The notes under the pieces were generated by a model, which was given only the letters and a program-made list of their open reading frames with translations, ran no database searches and was not told the DNA's origin. Below are positions 9,768 through 22,009 of a stretch of DNA of 49,788 nt, piece after piece. Origin of the DNA: Octopus sinensis. Lineage: Eukaryota. A program made the translations under genes and the position numbers. The DNA is taken from the NCBI RefSeq assembly GCF_006345805.1, contig NW_021835869.1, forward strand, positions 1-49,788. Reading direction: 5' to 3'. Each line of letters begins with the position of its first letter. Position 1 is the stretch's first letter.

Positions 9768-9972
9768 CATTCTCTCTGAAATCGAGGAACTGGTGGTTTT
9801 ATTGAATTTCTACTGTCCAGTATCGCTTTCCGAACTCCATTAAATGCAATTTCGTTCCACTCCGAACCTTGATAGACTCTGGAATGTATTTGATGTCTGA
9901 AAAACATCGAAGAAGCAGCGTAGCGACTTTGTCTGGAGGTATTTAAGGAATTCCAGCGAATTCCGATACTTT
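9768..9972 (-). CDS. Candidate exon of an unidentified minus-strand gene
   Basis: Pyrimidine tract, CTAAC branch point (9995-9999) and TAG acceptor (9973-9975). Open frame [68 protein letters not shown]. Weak donor GTGAAA at 9767, or a stop one codon later. Confidence 0.35.
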
Positions 9973-10089
9973 CTAGTTGATTGAGGAATATCAAGTTAGA
10001 GGACAGAGAGAGAGAGAAAGAGAGGCAGAGAGTGTGATTTGTATGTGTGTGTAGTACGTGACGTGTATACGTGTATATTTGTGCATTTG

Positions 10090-10090
10090 C

Positions 10091-10164
<74 letters not shown>

Positions 10165-10207
10165 GTATACATATATATATGTATATATATACATATATAT
10201 GTGTCTG

Positions 10208-10238
<31 letters not shown>

Positions 10239-10239
10239 A

Positions 10240-10271
<32 letters not shown>

Positions 10272-10329
10272 CGCATATATATACATACATAAGTATAAAC
10301 ATATACATATGTGCATATATATTATATAT

Positions 10330-10365
<36 letters not shown>

Positions 10366-10430
10366 GGATGTATATGTATATATATAAATATTACATACAT
10401 ACATGTACATAAACATATATAATTTATATA

Positions 10431-10472
<42 letters not shown>

Positions 10473-10887
10473 ACATACATACATACATGTACATAAATAT
10501 ATATGTATAGATATATATGTGTGTATATATAATATATTTATATATATATATATATTGTATATATATAGATAGATATATAACTATATATATTCATTTATAC
10601 ACACACACATATATATATACATATATATGTTCATTTATATATATATATATACATATATAAATATATACTCATGTACAGACATATGCAAACATACAGACAT
10701 ATATACATACATGTATATCTAGATATATGTATGTATATATATGTGTGAATGTGTGTGTATATGATTGTATTATATGTATATACGTATGCATATATATGTA
10801 TACATGTACGTGTATGTGTATATATCTAAATATATGCATATAAACATATGTATAGACACACACACACCACACACACACAACCACACC

Positions 10888-10941
<54 letters not shown>

Positions 10942-11076
10942 CGTAAGCATGTATGTGTGCATGTGTATGTATTGTGTGTCTGTGTGTATATGTATAAACG
11001 TATATACATATCTTTATATATTTTATATTTATACCTATACATGCACACACACTACAGTCATACAAGCACACACAAA

Positions 11077-11114
<38 letters not shown>

Positions 11115-11125
11115 TACACATACAC
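10090..11125 (+). repeat. Compound (TA)n/(CA)n/(TC)n microsatellite field
   Basis: Direct inspection; explains all overlapping Y/I/H/T-rich ORFs. Confidence 0.95.
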
Positions 11126-11768
11126 ATACAGATTGTATCTAAGTGATTCAAGGAATGAGGGGTGATTGTGGGAATGTATGAAAGCCGAAAAGTAAATATA
11201 AGTTACGCGAGTGAAAAGTTAAGTATGGCGGTAGTGCAATGATAGAGACTGGTCTATAATGGAGAAGAGAAGGAGGCGATCACAACAATAAGGAAAGAGA
11301 GAGTGAGGAAGGGAGAGTTGCATAAAGTTATATTGTAAAAAGAGAGTTAGTAGGAGAGAGAGAAGGGCTAGTGTAGATAGGAAAAGTGAAGAGAAAGAAT
11401 GTGAGAGGGTGAGTTGAGTAAAGTTATATAGTAACAGGAGGATACAGAGAGGGAGAGTGGGAGAAAACGAGAAAAGGGAAAAAGTAGACAGCAATAAGGA
11501 AACAGAGGGAGAAAGTGAGAGAGGGATTTACATGGTAAAAAACAGATATTGAAAGAGAAGAGAGAGACATATATAAAGCGAGGGAAAAGAAAATGGAAGC
11601 GAAGAGAAGGGAAAGAAAGAAGAAAAGGTTGTCAGTGGTGAAGAAAGTATAGAAGTATAGAGGGAGAGAGAAAAAGGAGGCTAAAACTTTGAGTTAGGAA
11701 GGGAATGGTAGAAAGAAAAAGTGAAACACGGAGAGGAAGAATGAAGGTAGAGAAAGAGAGAGAGAAAA

Positions 11769-11976
11769 TATTGGTTTCAAACTTTGGCACGAGGCCAGCA
11801 ATCGCGTTTAAAGGGGGAGGTCATTTACATCGACCTCAGTGCTTAAGTGGTACTTATTTTATTGGCCCCGAAAGGATGGAAGACAAAGTCGACCCTGGCG
11901 GAATTTGAACTCTGAACATAAAAACAGAAGAAATGCCGCTAAGTATTTGTCCGGCGTGCTAATAATTACACCGGCT
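11769..11976 (-). mobile_element. SINE family S2, diverged copy
   Basis: Matches the S2 body (ggtactta..tatcgaccccgaaaggatgaaaggcaaagtcgacc..ggcggaatttgaactc). Confidence 0.8.
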
Positions 11977-12002
11977 CAAACACACCACTGTTAGTTCAGT
12001 TA

Positions 12003-12404
12003 CTCTCTTCACTCTTTTACTTGTTTCAGTCATTTGACTGTGGCCATGCTGGAGTACCGCCTTCAATCAAGCAAATCGACCGCAGGACTTATTCTTTGTA
12101 AGACTAGTACTTATTCTATCGGTTAATTTTGCCGAACCGCTAAGTGACGGGGACGTAAACACACCAGCATCGGTAGTCAAGCGATGTTGGGGGGGGGGAC
12201 AAACAGACACACACACCCACACATATATATACATATACACGACGGGCTCCTTTCAGTTTCCGTCTACCAAATCCACTCACAAGGGTTTAGTCAGCCCTAG
12301 GCTATAGTAGAAGGCACTTGCCCAAGGTGCCACGCAGTGGGACTGAACCCGGAGCCATGTGGTTCTTAAGCAAACTACTTACCACACGGCCACTCCTACG
12401 CCTA
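12003..12404 (-). mobile_element. SINE family S1, full length
   Basis: Minus strand head taggcgtaggagtggccgtgtggtaagtag; internal (TG)/(TA) tract; 3' tail gactgaaacaagtaaaagag. Confidence 0.9.
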
Positions 12405-12410
12405 GATAAA

Positions 12411-12468
<58 letters not shown>

Positions 12469-12711
12469 TGAGTGTGTGTGTCGACCCCTTAAATGACAAT
12501 GTTATTGTTCCCCGCCACCATTTCTTTCACTTTCAGAAACCTCGTTATCAAAGGAAAAGAAAATATAATTTTGACATTGGTAAATTCTTTTAGCTATTCA
12601 AAGAAATATACACTTTGAACGTCAGACCACTACAATACCTTTACATAGAGAGAAAAATCCTTAGAACAAAATTATATGTAACTCAATCAAAACAACTCAT
12701 ATATTTAATTT

Positions 12712-13011
12712 GTTTAGAGCGTCGGGCTCACAATGATGAGGTTGTGAGTTCAATTCCGGGACTGGGCTGTGTATTGAGTTCTTGAGCAAGACACTTCATA
12801 TTGATCCAGCTCATTCAGCTGTTGAAATAAGTTGGTGCCAGGTTGTATCGACCTTTGCTTTTCTCATGGATAGCATCAGTGGCGTGGAGAATGGAGGCTG
12901 GATTGCATGGGCAGCTGCTGGTCTTCCACAAAATAACCTTGCACGGACTTGTGCCTCGGAAGGGAACTTTCTAGGTGCAATCCCATGGTCATTCATGATC
13001 GAAGGGGGCCT
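12712..13011 (+). mobile_element. SINE head S3 with tail T3
   Basis: Homologous to 687-1020. Confidence 0.85.
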
Positions 13012-13384
13012 ATGTATAATAAAGGACAAAATATGAATCAATAAAAATAAATATGGTACTAATGATTGATGTCTATTTTGAAAAGGCATCAATGGTTGAT
13101 TACTTCGTCTTCTAACAAATTTCTAACTCCTAGATGAAGCACTTCATCGTTACCATTGCCGATCTTATAACTTTCATGCATCGCCCAAAATTCGGTTCGT
13201 TTCCTGAAAACTGCTCAAAAGTACGAACTATTTCATTAATATTTTAGAGAACTCCGTTGTTAAAACCACTTATGAGCTAGATACTAGGAGGTTTTGACAA
13301 CTCTTTAATGGTTTTCACAAGTGAGGATCATGTTTCCTGCATGCATTTACAGGTTTATTGCTTGAATCCCTGACAACTAAGCCA

Positions 13385-13689
13385 CGCGCCTTAATTATTC
13401 GGCTCACAGTCGTAAAGCTGTCAGTTAGATTTCCGGCGGTATGTTGTTGTGTCCTTCAGCAAGACACTTTATTTCAATTTCCTCTTGTCCTCTCAGCTAG
13501 CAAAAATTAGTTGTACCTGTATTTCAATGGGCCAGCTTTATCACACTCTGTATCACGCAAACCGTCCCCGAGAACTACATTAAAGGGACGCGTGTCTATA
13601 GAATGCCCAACCACTTGCACGTTAATTTCTCGAGCAGGTTCTTCCGTTGATCGGATCGACTGGGACACTCGTCGTCGTAACCGACGTAG
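13385..13689 (+). mobile_element. SINE head S3 (degenerate) with tail T1
   Basis: cagcaagacactttatttc...ctcagctagcaaaaattagttgtacctgtatttca...cgtcgtcgtaaccgacg. Confidence 0.75.
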
Positions 13690-14165
13690 AACCAGGCATC
13701 ACTTAAATCAATGTCTTGAAATCCTACTTCCTGGACCATTTCAACAAATTTAACAGAAGACGACGTCGTCTTCTTTCCTATTATCTTAATTAATTATAAT
13801 TGGACATAATTTTTACCGAACTCAAACGAGATTCCTATGGTTAGCTTCCTGACGGGTAACTTTAATATTTATATTTTTTGTATGATGTAATTTTTTTACA
13901 GAATTCTTTTAACATGAGGTATATCAGGAGTCTCTGTATCCATCTAACTAAAACTTCTAACATAATACGCTTTGGAATTGGATTGTGGGTTGAGGAAGTA
14001 CTGCGCGACATAGCGACACATTATCACCCTCAACAAAACAATTTCCTCTATTTTCTGAGATTTTACTGCGTGTAGTTTGTTAGTTACATTCACTTGAATT
14101 ATACGTGACAACACATTTTGTCCGATCGATTCATTACTTTTTAAGTTAGCATTAAATGCCTTGTT

Positions 14166-14468
14166 GAAGCGCAATGGCGTAGTGGTTAGGGCAGCGGACT
14201 CGCGTCGGAGGATCGCGGTTCAATTCCCAGACCGGGCGTTGTGTGTGTTTATTGAGCGAAAACGCCTAAAAGTTCCACGAGGCACCGGCGGGAGGGTGGT
14301 GGCGACCCCTGTTGTACTCTTTCTCCACAACTTTCTCCCACCCTCTCTTCCTGTTTTTTTTTAGTAACGCTGCGATGGACTGGCGTCCCGTCCAGCTGAG
14401 GGGAACACATACGCTACAGGAAACCGGGCCCATGAGCCTGCTAGGCTTGAAAAGGGCGAAAAAAAAAT
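14166..14468 (+). mobile_element. SINE head S4 with tail T4
   Basis: S4 head and body through cttcctgtt, then gtaacgctgcgatggactggcgtcccgtccag...gaaaccgggccc...aaaagggcg and poly(A). Confidence 0.85.
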
Positions 14469-15045
14469 TAGATGCCTTAATGATTTCACTACGACACTTC
14501 TTTTCTTCTATCCTTTTTATATTTTGTTTGATAACAAATAATATTGCATTACGTTTATTTGATATGATGCGGTAACAAATGTACAGAGTTAACGTTAATA
14601 AAATATAGTTACTGCATGTTAACAAACAATGAATTAACCACGCAAATGATACTATGGAACACAGAGGCCAAAAGTGTATTTAATTGAAAGCTTTCTTTTG
14701 TACTTCCAAAAGAAACAAGCTGAGAATAACCAAATTTAAGCGAGAAAATTTGGGGAGAACCAAGCTAGATGTAAAGAGTTGGATCATTTCGCTTTTAAAC
14801 TGCGACAATATTTCATTTAGCTTTGTTATAACGAGATCTCGTCTACAGTGGAGATGTAAATGTAAAACTATCTATCTATTCAGCTATCTATCCATCTATT
14901 CATCTGTCTGTCTGTCTACCAGCCTGTGTGTTTGTCGACTTATTCATCTACCCACACACATAAACACACACACACACACATATATAAACATGTACATTGA
15001 TAGAATGTCTGTGCATCTATTTATGCGTCTGAGTGTGTATATACC

Positions 15046-15083
<38 letters not shown>

Positions 15084-15973
15084 ATACCTTTGGTTTTCGA
15101 TTACTACTTTTTCCACCTTGTTTTTGCACTTATGTGCTCACCTGTGTGTGTGCGTGTGTGTGTATACACTACATATATAAAGAGAGAGAGAGAGAGACAG
15201 CGAGGGGAGAGAGAGGACATACGTTCATATATTTATGCCCATTTGTGTATATATATATATATATATATACATTAATACATACATTTATGAACTATGTATA
15301 TCTACATTTACACACACACACACACACAAAGTTATATATTGAAATACAACGCATGAGCCTCGCTGTAAAAACTAATTAAAGTGGATACACAACAGGTTTT
15401 TAGAACAAAGTTTGATTATCTTTTCACGGCGAGTCTAAAACTTTATGTTTATTACAATTGGTTTACATTTCATTTCATTATGCATACACGTGCATATAAG
15501 TATATTTATGTGTGTAAGTATGTGTGTATGCACGTATGTGTTTACTTACATACTTACATTCATACATACTTATGTCCGTATAATTGCTTGCATGCTTTGT
15601 ATGTATGTATGCATGTATGTATCTATGTATCTATGTATCTATGTATGTGCCCCAGCATGGCCACAGCTCAAGAGCTGAAACTGGAAAACAAACATGTGTG
15701 AGTGTGTATTATCTTCTGTTAATTATTTGAAGTATGCCTGTAAGAAAGATCTGCTTTCTAACGAAGATGCAAAAACCTCCGTCGTTGGAATATGGATAAT
15801 TAAAACAAAGTTACATTTTGGACTTGAGAAAAGCCTTGCCTTTTTTTTATAGTTCAACTTACAAGTTATATTTGTAGTGCGCTAGCTGGTTGATTTCTTT
15901 TTCTGCAAGCCTAAGTCAGTTCCAGATTTTTCCCTTAGGTATTTACTCACAAACGAATGCGACTGATTGCACA

Positions 15974-16110
15974 CAGTTTCCCGTCTACCGAATTCATTTC
16001 AAAGGCATTCGTCGGCCTGCGGCTGTAGTAGCAGCACTTGCCCAATGCGCCATACAATAGTCCCGAATCCGAAACCACGTAATTTCAGGACGAACCTCTT
16101 AACCGTACAG
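15974..16110 (-). mobile_element. SINE S1 5' fragment, degenerate
   Basis: cagtttcccgtctacc...cacttgccca similarity to S1. Confidence 0.6.
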
Positions 16111-16200
16111 GTATGTTTGCAAATCTGTTTCATTGTCTCTCTGTCCCACTGTTTCTCTGTCTCTCTGTCTTTGTTTCTGTCTGTCTGTTTGTCTCGCGTC

Positions 16201-16349
16201 CCAGCCACATGGCTCAGGTTACAGTCTCATTACGTGACACTTTGGGTAAGTGTCTTCTACTATAGCTTCGGGGTGACCAAATCCTTGTGAGTTGATTTGG
16301 TAGACAGAAACTGAAAGAAGCCCGTCGTATATATGCATATATATACGTT

Positions 16350-16380
<31 letters not shown>

Positions 16381-16387
16381 TGTGTGT

Positions 16388-16432
<45 letters not shown>

Positions 16433-16637
16433 CGTGTGTGTTCGTGTCTGTGTTTGTCCCCCACCACCACTTGACAACCGCTGCTGATGTGTTTATGTCC
16501 CCTTAACTTAGAGGTTCGGCAAAAGGGACTGAGAGAATGCCAGGCTTTAAAAATATGTCCTGGGGTACATAGATTTAAAACTTTTCAAGTTTGTGCCCCA
16601 GCATAGCCACAGTCTAATGACTGAAACAAAGGATAAA
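16201..16637 (+). mobile_element. SINE S1, 5'-truncated, with expanded (TG)n
   Basis: gtaagtgtcttctactatagc...gaaactgaaagaagcccgtcgtatat...gactgaaacaa. Confidence 0.85.
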
Positions 16638-16671
16638 CGACACATACACACACGCACACACGCGCACACAA

Positions 16672-16708
<37 letters not shown>

Positions 16709-17049
16709 TACTCATATCAAAACAGGAGAATGGAAAAATTTAGGTGGTATCATTCATTCACCATTACACGTGTTTCATTTGCTAAATGCTTCTTCTACAT
16801 GTACAGTTTTATAACTTCTATTAGCAAATTAAACACACGTGATGATAAATAAATAAAAACCCAAAATGATTTTCCAGTCTCCTGTTTTGATATGTAATTA
16901 CTCTCCATAAAATATTTGTCTGGTATTGTCCAACTCTTCTATGCATGCTTCACACAAATATACTGGAATATGCAGATGGGCTTCAGCAGGACACAGCTTG
17001 GATTATAATCTCTCTCTCTCTCTCTCTCTCTTTCTTATATATATATATA

Positions 17050-17280
17050 TATTTCTTTACTACCCACAAGGGGCTAAACACAGAGGAGACAAACAAGGAC
17101 AGACATAGGTATTAAGTCGATTACATCGACCCCAGTGCGTAACTGGTACTTAATTTATCGACCCCGGAAGGATGAAAGGCAAAGTCGACCTCGGCGGAAT
17201 TTGAACTCGGAACGTAACAGCAGACGAAATACGGCAACGCATTTCGCCCGGCGTGCTAACGTTTCTGCCAGCTCGCCGCC
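17050..17280 (-). mobile_element. SINE family S2, full length
   Basis: Minus strand head ggcggcgagctggcagaaacgttagcacgccgggcgaaatgc, B box gagttcaaattcc, tail tttagccccttgtgggtagtaaagaaat. Confidence 0.9.
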
Positions 17281-17299
17281 TTCTTTGTATATATATTAT

Positions 17300-17547
17300 G
17301 GACTCTCCCGTCGTTAGACAACGTTCGGCAACAACAGATGATTTGTTTATAGTGATCGAATGTTTGTGTACACATAAGGTCACTCCCTCTATCGAATCGA
17401 CATTACCTGTACAGGTGCACCATCTGCCACATTTGAGATGGCGAAATGATCGCTCAAGAACACATCGCAACGACCGGGCCGGGAATCAAACCTACGATCT
17501 CGCAATCGCGAGTGCAACACCCTAACCACTAAGCCATGCACCTTCAC
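17300..17547 (-). mobile_element. SINE head S3 with tail T5
   Basis: Minus strand gtgaaggtgcatggcttagtggttagggtg head; the tail is related to 18300-18523. Confidence 0.7.
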
Positions 17548-17558
17548 ACACACACACA

Positions 17559-17605
<47 letters not shown>

Positions 17606-17626
17606 TCACACACTTTCATAAACATA

Positions 17627-18258
17627 CAGTAATCCCTCGACTATCGCGGGTGTTACGTTTCAAAACCTCCCGCGATAGGTGAAAATCCGCGAAGTAGAAA
17701 CAGTAATGTACTCTTTTCCTCTTTTACTCTTTTACTTGTTTCAGTCATTGACTGCGGCCATGCTGGAGCCCGCCTTTTAATCGAGCAACTCGACCAGGGA
17801 CTTATTCTTTTGTAAGCCCAGTACTTATTCTATCGGTCCTCTTTGCCGAACCGCTAAGAACGGGGACATAACCACAGCATCGGTTGTCAAGCAATGCTAG
17901 GGGGACAAACCCAGACGCACAAACACACACACGCATATATATATATATACAATATATACGACGGGCTTCTTTCAGTTCCGTCTACCAATCCACTCACAAG
18001 GCTTTGGTCGGCCCGAGACCTATAGTAGAAGACACTTCTTGCCCAAGGTGTCACGCAATGGGACTGAAACCCGGAACCATGTGGTTGGTAAACAAGCTAC
18101 TTACCACACAGCCACTCCTGCGCCTATGTTAGATTTTTTTTATAATTTGTATCTATTTATTTTATTATGAATGCAATACAATACCACAGAAGAATCGAAG
18201 TAAGCTTAAATAATAAATCACGATAAGTGAACCGCGATAAGTAAACCGCGATATGGCG
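17627..18258 (+). mobile_element. Tc1/pogo(Tigger)-like MITE interrupted by a SINE, right end incomplete
   Basis: TA|CAGTAATCCCTCGACTATCGCGG left end. The right part has aaccgcgataagtaaaccgcgatatggcg but lacks the last ~11 bp of the TIR. An S1 SINE is nested at 17709-18126. Confidence 0.65.
17709..18126 (-). mobile_element. SINE S1, full length, nested in a MITE
   Basis: Minus strand head ataggcgcaggagtggctgtgtggtaagtagc; (gagtaaaa)n tail. Confidence 0.9.
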
Positions 18259-18299
18259 TTAGACGACGGATGATGACTCTGCAATTTCTTGTTGAAGAA

Positions 18300-18523
18300 G
18301 CATACACGTAAATCGTTTATTATGATCAAATGTGTGTGTTAACATGAGGCTAGTCTCTCCTTCAATTCGATATTGCCACACATCAAATGCCGATATGACT
18401 GCAGATCAACGTAAAAGGAAGTGCTTTGCTCAACTATACAATGCACCGTCCAGTCCTATCCGGGAATTGAACGCATGATCTAGCGATCGTGGATGCAACA
18501 CCCAAACTACCAGGCCACGCACC
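18300..18523 (-). mobile_element. SINE head S3 with tail T5, degenerate
   Basis: Minus strand ggtgcgtggcctggtagtttgggtgttgcatcc..gttcaattcccgg head; tail similar to 17300-17547. Confidence 0.6.
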
Positions 18524-18580
18524 ATTACATGTATGTATATATATATATATTATATATATATATATTATATATATATATAT

Positions 18581-18636
<56 letters not shown>

Positions 18637-18806
18637 CATATATATAATATATATAATATATATATATATTATATATTATATATATAGATAGATATATATA
18701 TATATATAAAGTAATCCAAACAAGAAAACACAGAAAAAAACACAGCAACGCGAGGACGTGGAACAATTAAAGTATTATTTGACGCTCAGGAAAGAAGGGA
18801 AGGAGG

Positions 18807-18841
18807 GTTTAACGTTTCGAGCGGAGCTCTTCGTCGGAAAC
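18807..18841 (-). ncRNA. Minimal type I hammerhead motif HHR7 (C4 variant), Penelope-like terminus
   Basis: Minus strand GTTT-CCGACGA-a-GAGC-tcc-GCTC-GAAA-CG-T-T-AAAC. 4-bp stems I and II and palindromic ACGT stem III, as in minimal Penelope hammerheads. Confidence 0.7.
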
Positions 18842-18956
18842 AAGGAGAAGGAAAGATCCAGAGAAGGGAAGACAGAGGAAAAAATATTTTTGCTGGTGGT
18901 GCTCAAGAGATCACATGTTGAAAGAACAGAAGTTGAGAGGTAGTATATATGTAAAT

Positions 18957-18992
<36 letters not shown>

Positions 18993-19074
18993 ATAGATAG
19001 ACTCCGTCGGTAACGACGACGAAGGTTCCAGCCTTGGTAGATGAAACTGAAAGAAGCCCGTCGTATGTTTATCG

Positions 19075-19394
19075 TGGCACTCCGTCGGTTACAACGATGA
19101 GGGTTTCAGTTGATACGGTCAACGGAACAGCCTGCTCGTGAAACTAACATGCAAGCGGCTGAGCACTCCACAGACACATGTACCCCTAACGTAGTTCTCA
19201 GGGAGATTCAACGTGACAGAGAGTGTGACAAGGCTGGCCCTTTGAAATACAGGTACAACAATTTTTACCACCGGAGTGGACTGGAACAACGTGAAATAAA
19301 GTGTCTTGCTCAAGGACACAACGCGTCGCCGGGAATTGAACTTGCGACCTTACGATCGTGAACCAAATGTCCTAACCACTAAGCCACCCGCCTT
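19075..19394 (-). mobile_element. SINE head S3 with tail T1
   Basis: Minus strand ggcttagtggttaggac head, ttgagcaagacactttatttcacgttgttccagtccactc centre, T1 tail ending gacggagtgcca. Confidence 0.9.
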
Positions 19395-19547
19395 ATACAT
19401 ATATACACACATACATACATATATACGCACATACATTAATACACACATACATACATATATACATGCATACATACATGCATGCATGATTGTATACATACAT
19501 ACATACATACATACATACATACATACATGCATGTACACATACATATA

Positions 19548-19943
19548 TACCTATTTCTTTATTACCCACAAGTGGCTAAACACAGAGGGGACAAACAAGG
19601 ACAGACATAGGTATTAAGCCGATTACATCGACCCCAGTGCGTAACTGATACTTAATTTATCGACCCCGAAAAGATGAAAGGCAAAGTCGACCTCGGCGGA
19701 ATTTGAACTCACAACGTAACGCAGACGAAATACCTATTTCTTCATTACCCACAAGGGGCTAAACACAGAGGCAACAAACAAGGACAGACATAGGTATTAA
19801 GTCGATTACATCGACCCCAGTTCGTAACTGGTACTTAATTTATCGACCCCGAAAGGATGAAAGGCAAAGTCGACCTCGGCGGAATTTGAACTCACAACGT
19901 AGCGGCAGACGAAATACCGCTTAGCATTTCGCCCGGCGTGCTA
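19548..19943 (-). mobile_element. SINE S2 tandem dimer (183-bp period)
   Basis: tacctatttc recurs at 19548 and 19731. The junction falls on microhomology aaatacc. Near-identical 25-bp flanks at 19526-19550 and 19946-19970. Confidence 0.9.
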
Positions 19944-20728
19944 TGCATGCATGTATACATACATATATACATACATGTATACATATAAAGAGGCTGCGCG
20001 GTTAGAAAGGGCCATGCAGATATCTGGTTACAGGAATTGTGAGAGTGCGTGAAGAGTGTAGCGTGGTTAAATAAGAGATTGGTGAGGAGGGCGGCAAAAA
20101 CAATTCAGCTGGGTGAGTCAGGTTTGTGAGTTCAAATGTCATCAGTGCCGATATTGTTTCTCATAAATCCGGAATTTGCAAACTTTATTATCAGTAAGGC
20201 TAGATTTCCAATACCAAAATATAATTTGATATTATGACTCTTTATTCTCTTTATGACAGATATGTCTTCACTAACACATGCACAAATACACACACACACA
20301 CACACACACAAATGCATACACACACACACATATATATACCGTGTCACATATGATACAGATATGCACACAAACATACACGAAGGAACACACATATAAAGAA
20401 TGAGACACGTGACACCAGCACACACAAAAGCTAACATACACATATCCACACAAATGACACAAGCACATACATAACACAAATACGCACATGACTGTTTCTG
20501 TTGTTGTTGTTGTTATTTACTTTCAACTGATCCCTGATCGATATAACCTTTGAACCATGGGAAAGGCCTTTCGGTCGCGCCAACTCCGTCTTTTATGGGC
20601 TGCTATAGACTATATTATAGCGTGGAATCTCTCCCTTCTCTTTTTTTTTGTTTTAGATATTGAAGTGCATTTTGAGAAAGATTTGCCTACGATTCCTAGC
20701 AATTCCAGTGATCACGTAAAATCATCCT

Positions 20729-21232
20729 TTATTCTTTTCTACTCGAGGCACAAGGCCCAAAATTTTGGGGGAGGAGGCCAGTCGTTTAGATTAACCCCAT
20801 TATGCAACTGGTACTTAATTTATCGACCCCGAAAGAATGAAAGGCAATTTCGACTTCAGTGGAATTTGAACTCAGAACGTAGCGGCAGACGAACTACCTA
20901 TTTCTTTACTACCCACAAGGGGCTAAACACAGAGGGGACAAACAAGGACAGACAAACGGATAAATCGATTACATCGACCCCAGTGCGTAACTGGTACTTA
21001 ATTTATCGACCCCGAAAGGATGAAAGACAAAGTCGACCTCAGTGGAATTTGAACTCAGAACGTAGCGGCAGACAAAATACCTATTTCTTTACTACTCACA
21101 AGGGGCTAAACACAGAGGGGACAAACAAGGACAGACACTTTTACTTGTTTCAGTCATTTGACTGCGGCCATGCTGGAAACCGCCTTTAGTCGAGCAAATC
21201 GACCCCAGGACTTACTCTTTGTAAGCCTAGTA
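20729..21232 (-). mobile_element. SINE S2 tandem array (~2.3 units) fused to an S1 3' fragment
   Basis: tacctatttcttt recurs at 20895 and 21078 (period 183). The sequence switches to the S1 tail (ttttacttgtttcagtcatttgactgcggcc) at ~21138. Confidence 0.85.
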
Positions 21233-22009
21233 CTGATATTTCACCAAGGGAAAGCGCTGTTTGATACAGTTTCATACCGGTGTCGTCATAAGTATCGCTG
21301 TCTAAATACAATGTAACATTACAGATACTGCAAAGTATATCATTCAAACTTTCTAACTCTTCTGCCAATTCACTGACCATCATTGATTCCATTTTAATGA
21401 AGGCAAAGTTGATCTTGGCTGGATTTTAACTTACAACACATAGATTCGGAGCATGTATCGCGAAACCTTCTGCTTAACACTTTAAGAACTCTATTTTGCT
21501 GCCTTCATAAATTATTTAGAAGAGAAGGGGACAGAGTCCACAAGCATTTCTTTCTTTCTCCTACACGCATAAATCCTGATATCACACGGGGAGTAGGTTG
21601 TCGACTGATGCGACTGCTGTACTCGGCTGGTACTTATTTTATCAACCATGAAAGGACGAAAGGTAAAACCGACCGACCTCAATAGAATTAGAACTCAGAG
21701 CATCAGAGCCAATATACTTTGCAAAATTAAGCAGACTGGTGAGACTGATATCCCCCGCGGCTCAGCCTAAACATCTACACGATCGACGTCGACGGGAAAA
21801 GCGTGACTAGTACTGAAAATGTGAGTCAGATACGAAATCATGGCACATAGGAAATTCCACTCGAACAACAAAGGACCCTGGTCTGATATTAAACTCAGTG
21901 CTACTGGATTGCCTGCTAGAACAAGCACTTGCTACCGTAGACTTAAGTGCGTCCATCTCTTCAGCATGTTTAGAACTAATAAAACGGTGTTATACACACA
22001 TATATACTT

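Noticed and set aside
9991-11146. Many 65-170 aa ORFs rich in Y/I/H/T/C/V (also at 3371-3917, 4433-4780, 33275-33894, 34870-35615, 45471-46419)
   Set aside because: They are translations of (TA)n, (CA)n and (TATG)n microsatellites, which lack stop codons in several frames.
13134-13220. Plus-strand exon-like segment MKHFIVTIADLITFMHRPKFGSFPENCSK with CTAAC/TAG acceptor
   Set aside because: Isolated, weak donor (GTACGA), no partner exons or homology; insufficient support without RNA data.
13878-14174. Overlapping 65-aa (+) and 76-aa (-) ORFs with acceptor-like sites
   Set aside because: Equally plausible on both strands, both stop early, and no recognisable domain.
19548-21137. Regularly spaced repeats resembling a CRISPR array
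   Set aside because: The units are ~183-bp SINE copies without unique spacers, in a eukaryotic context with no cas genes.
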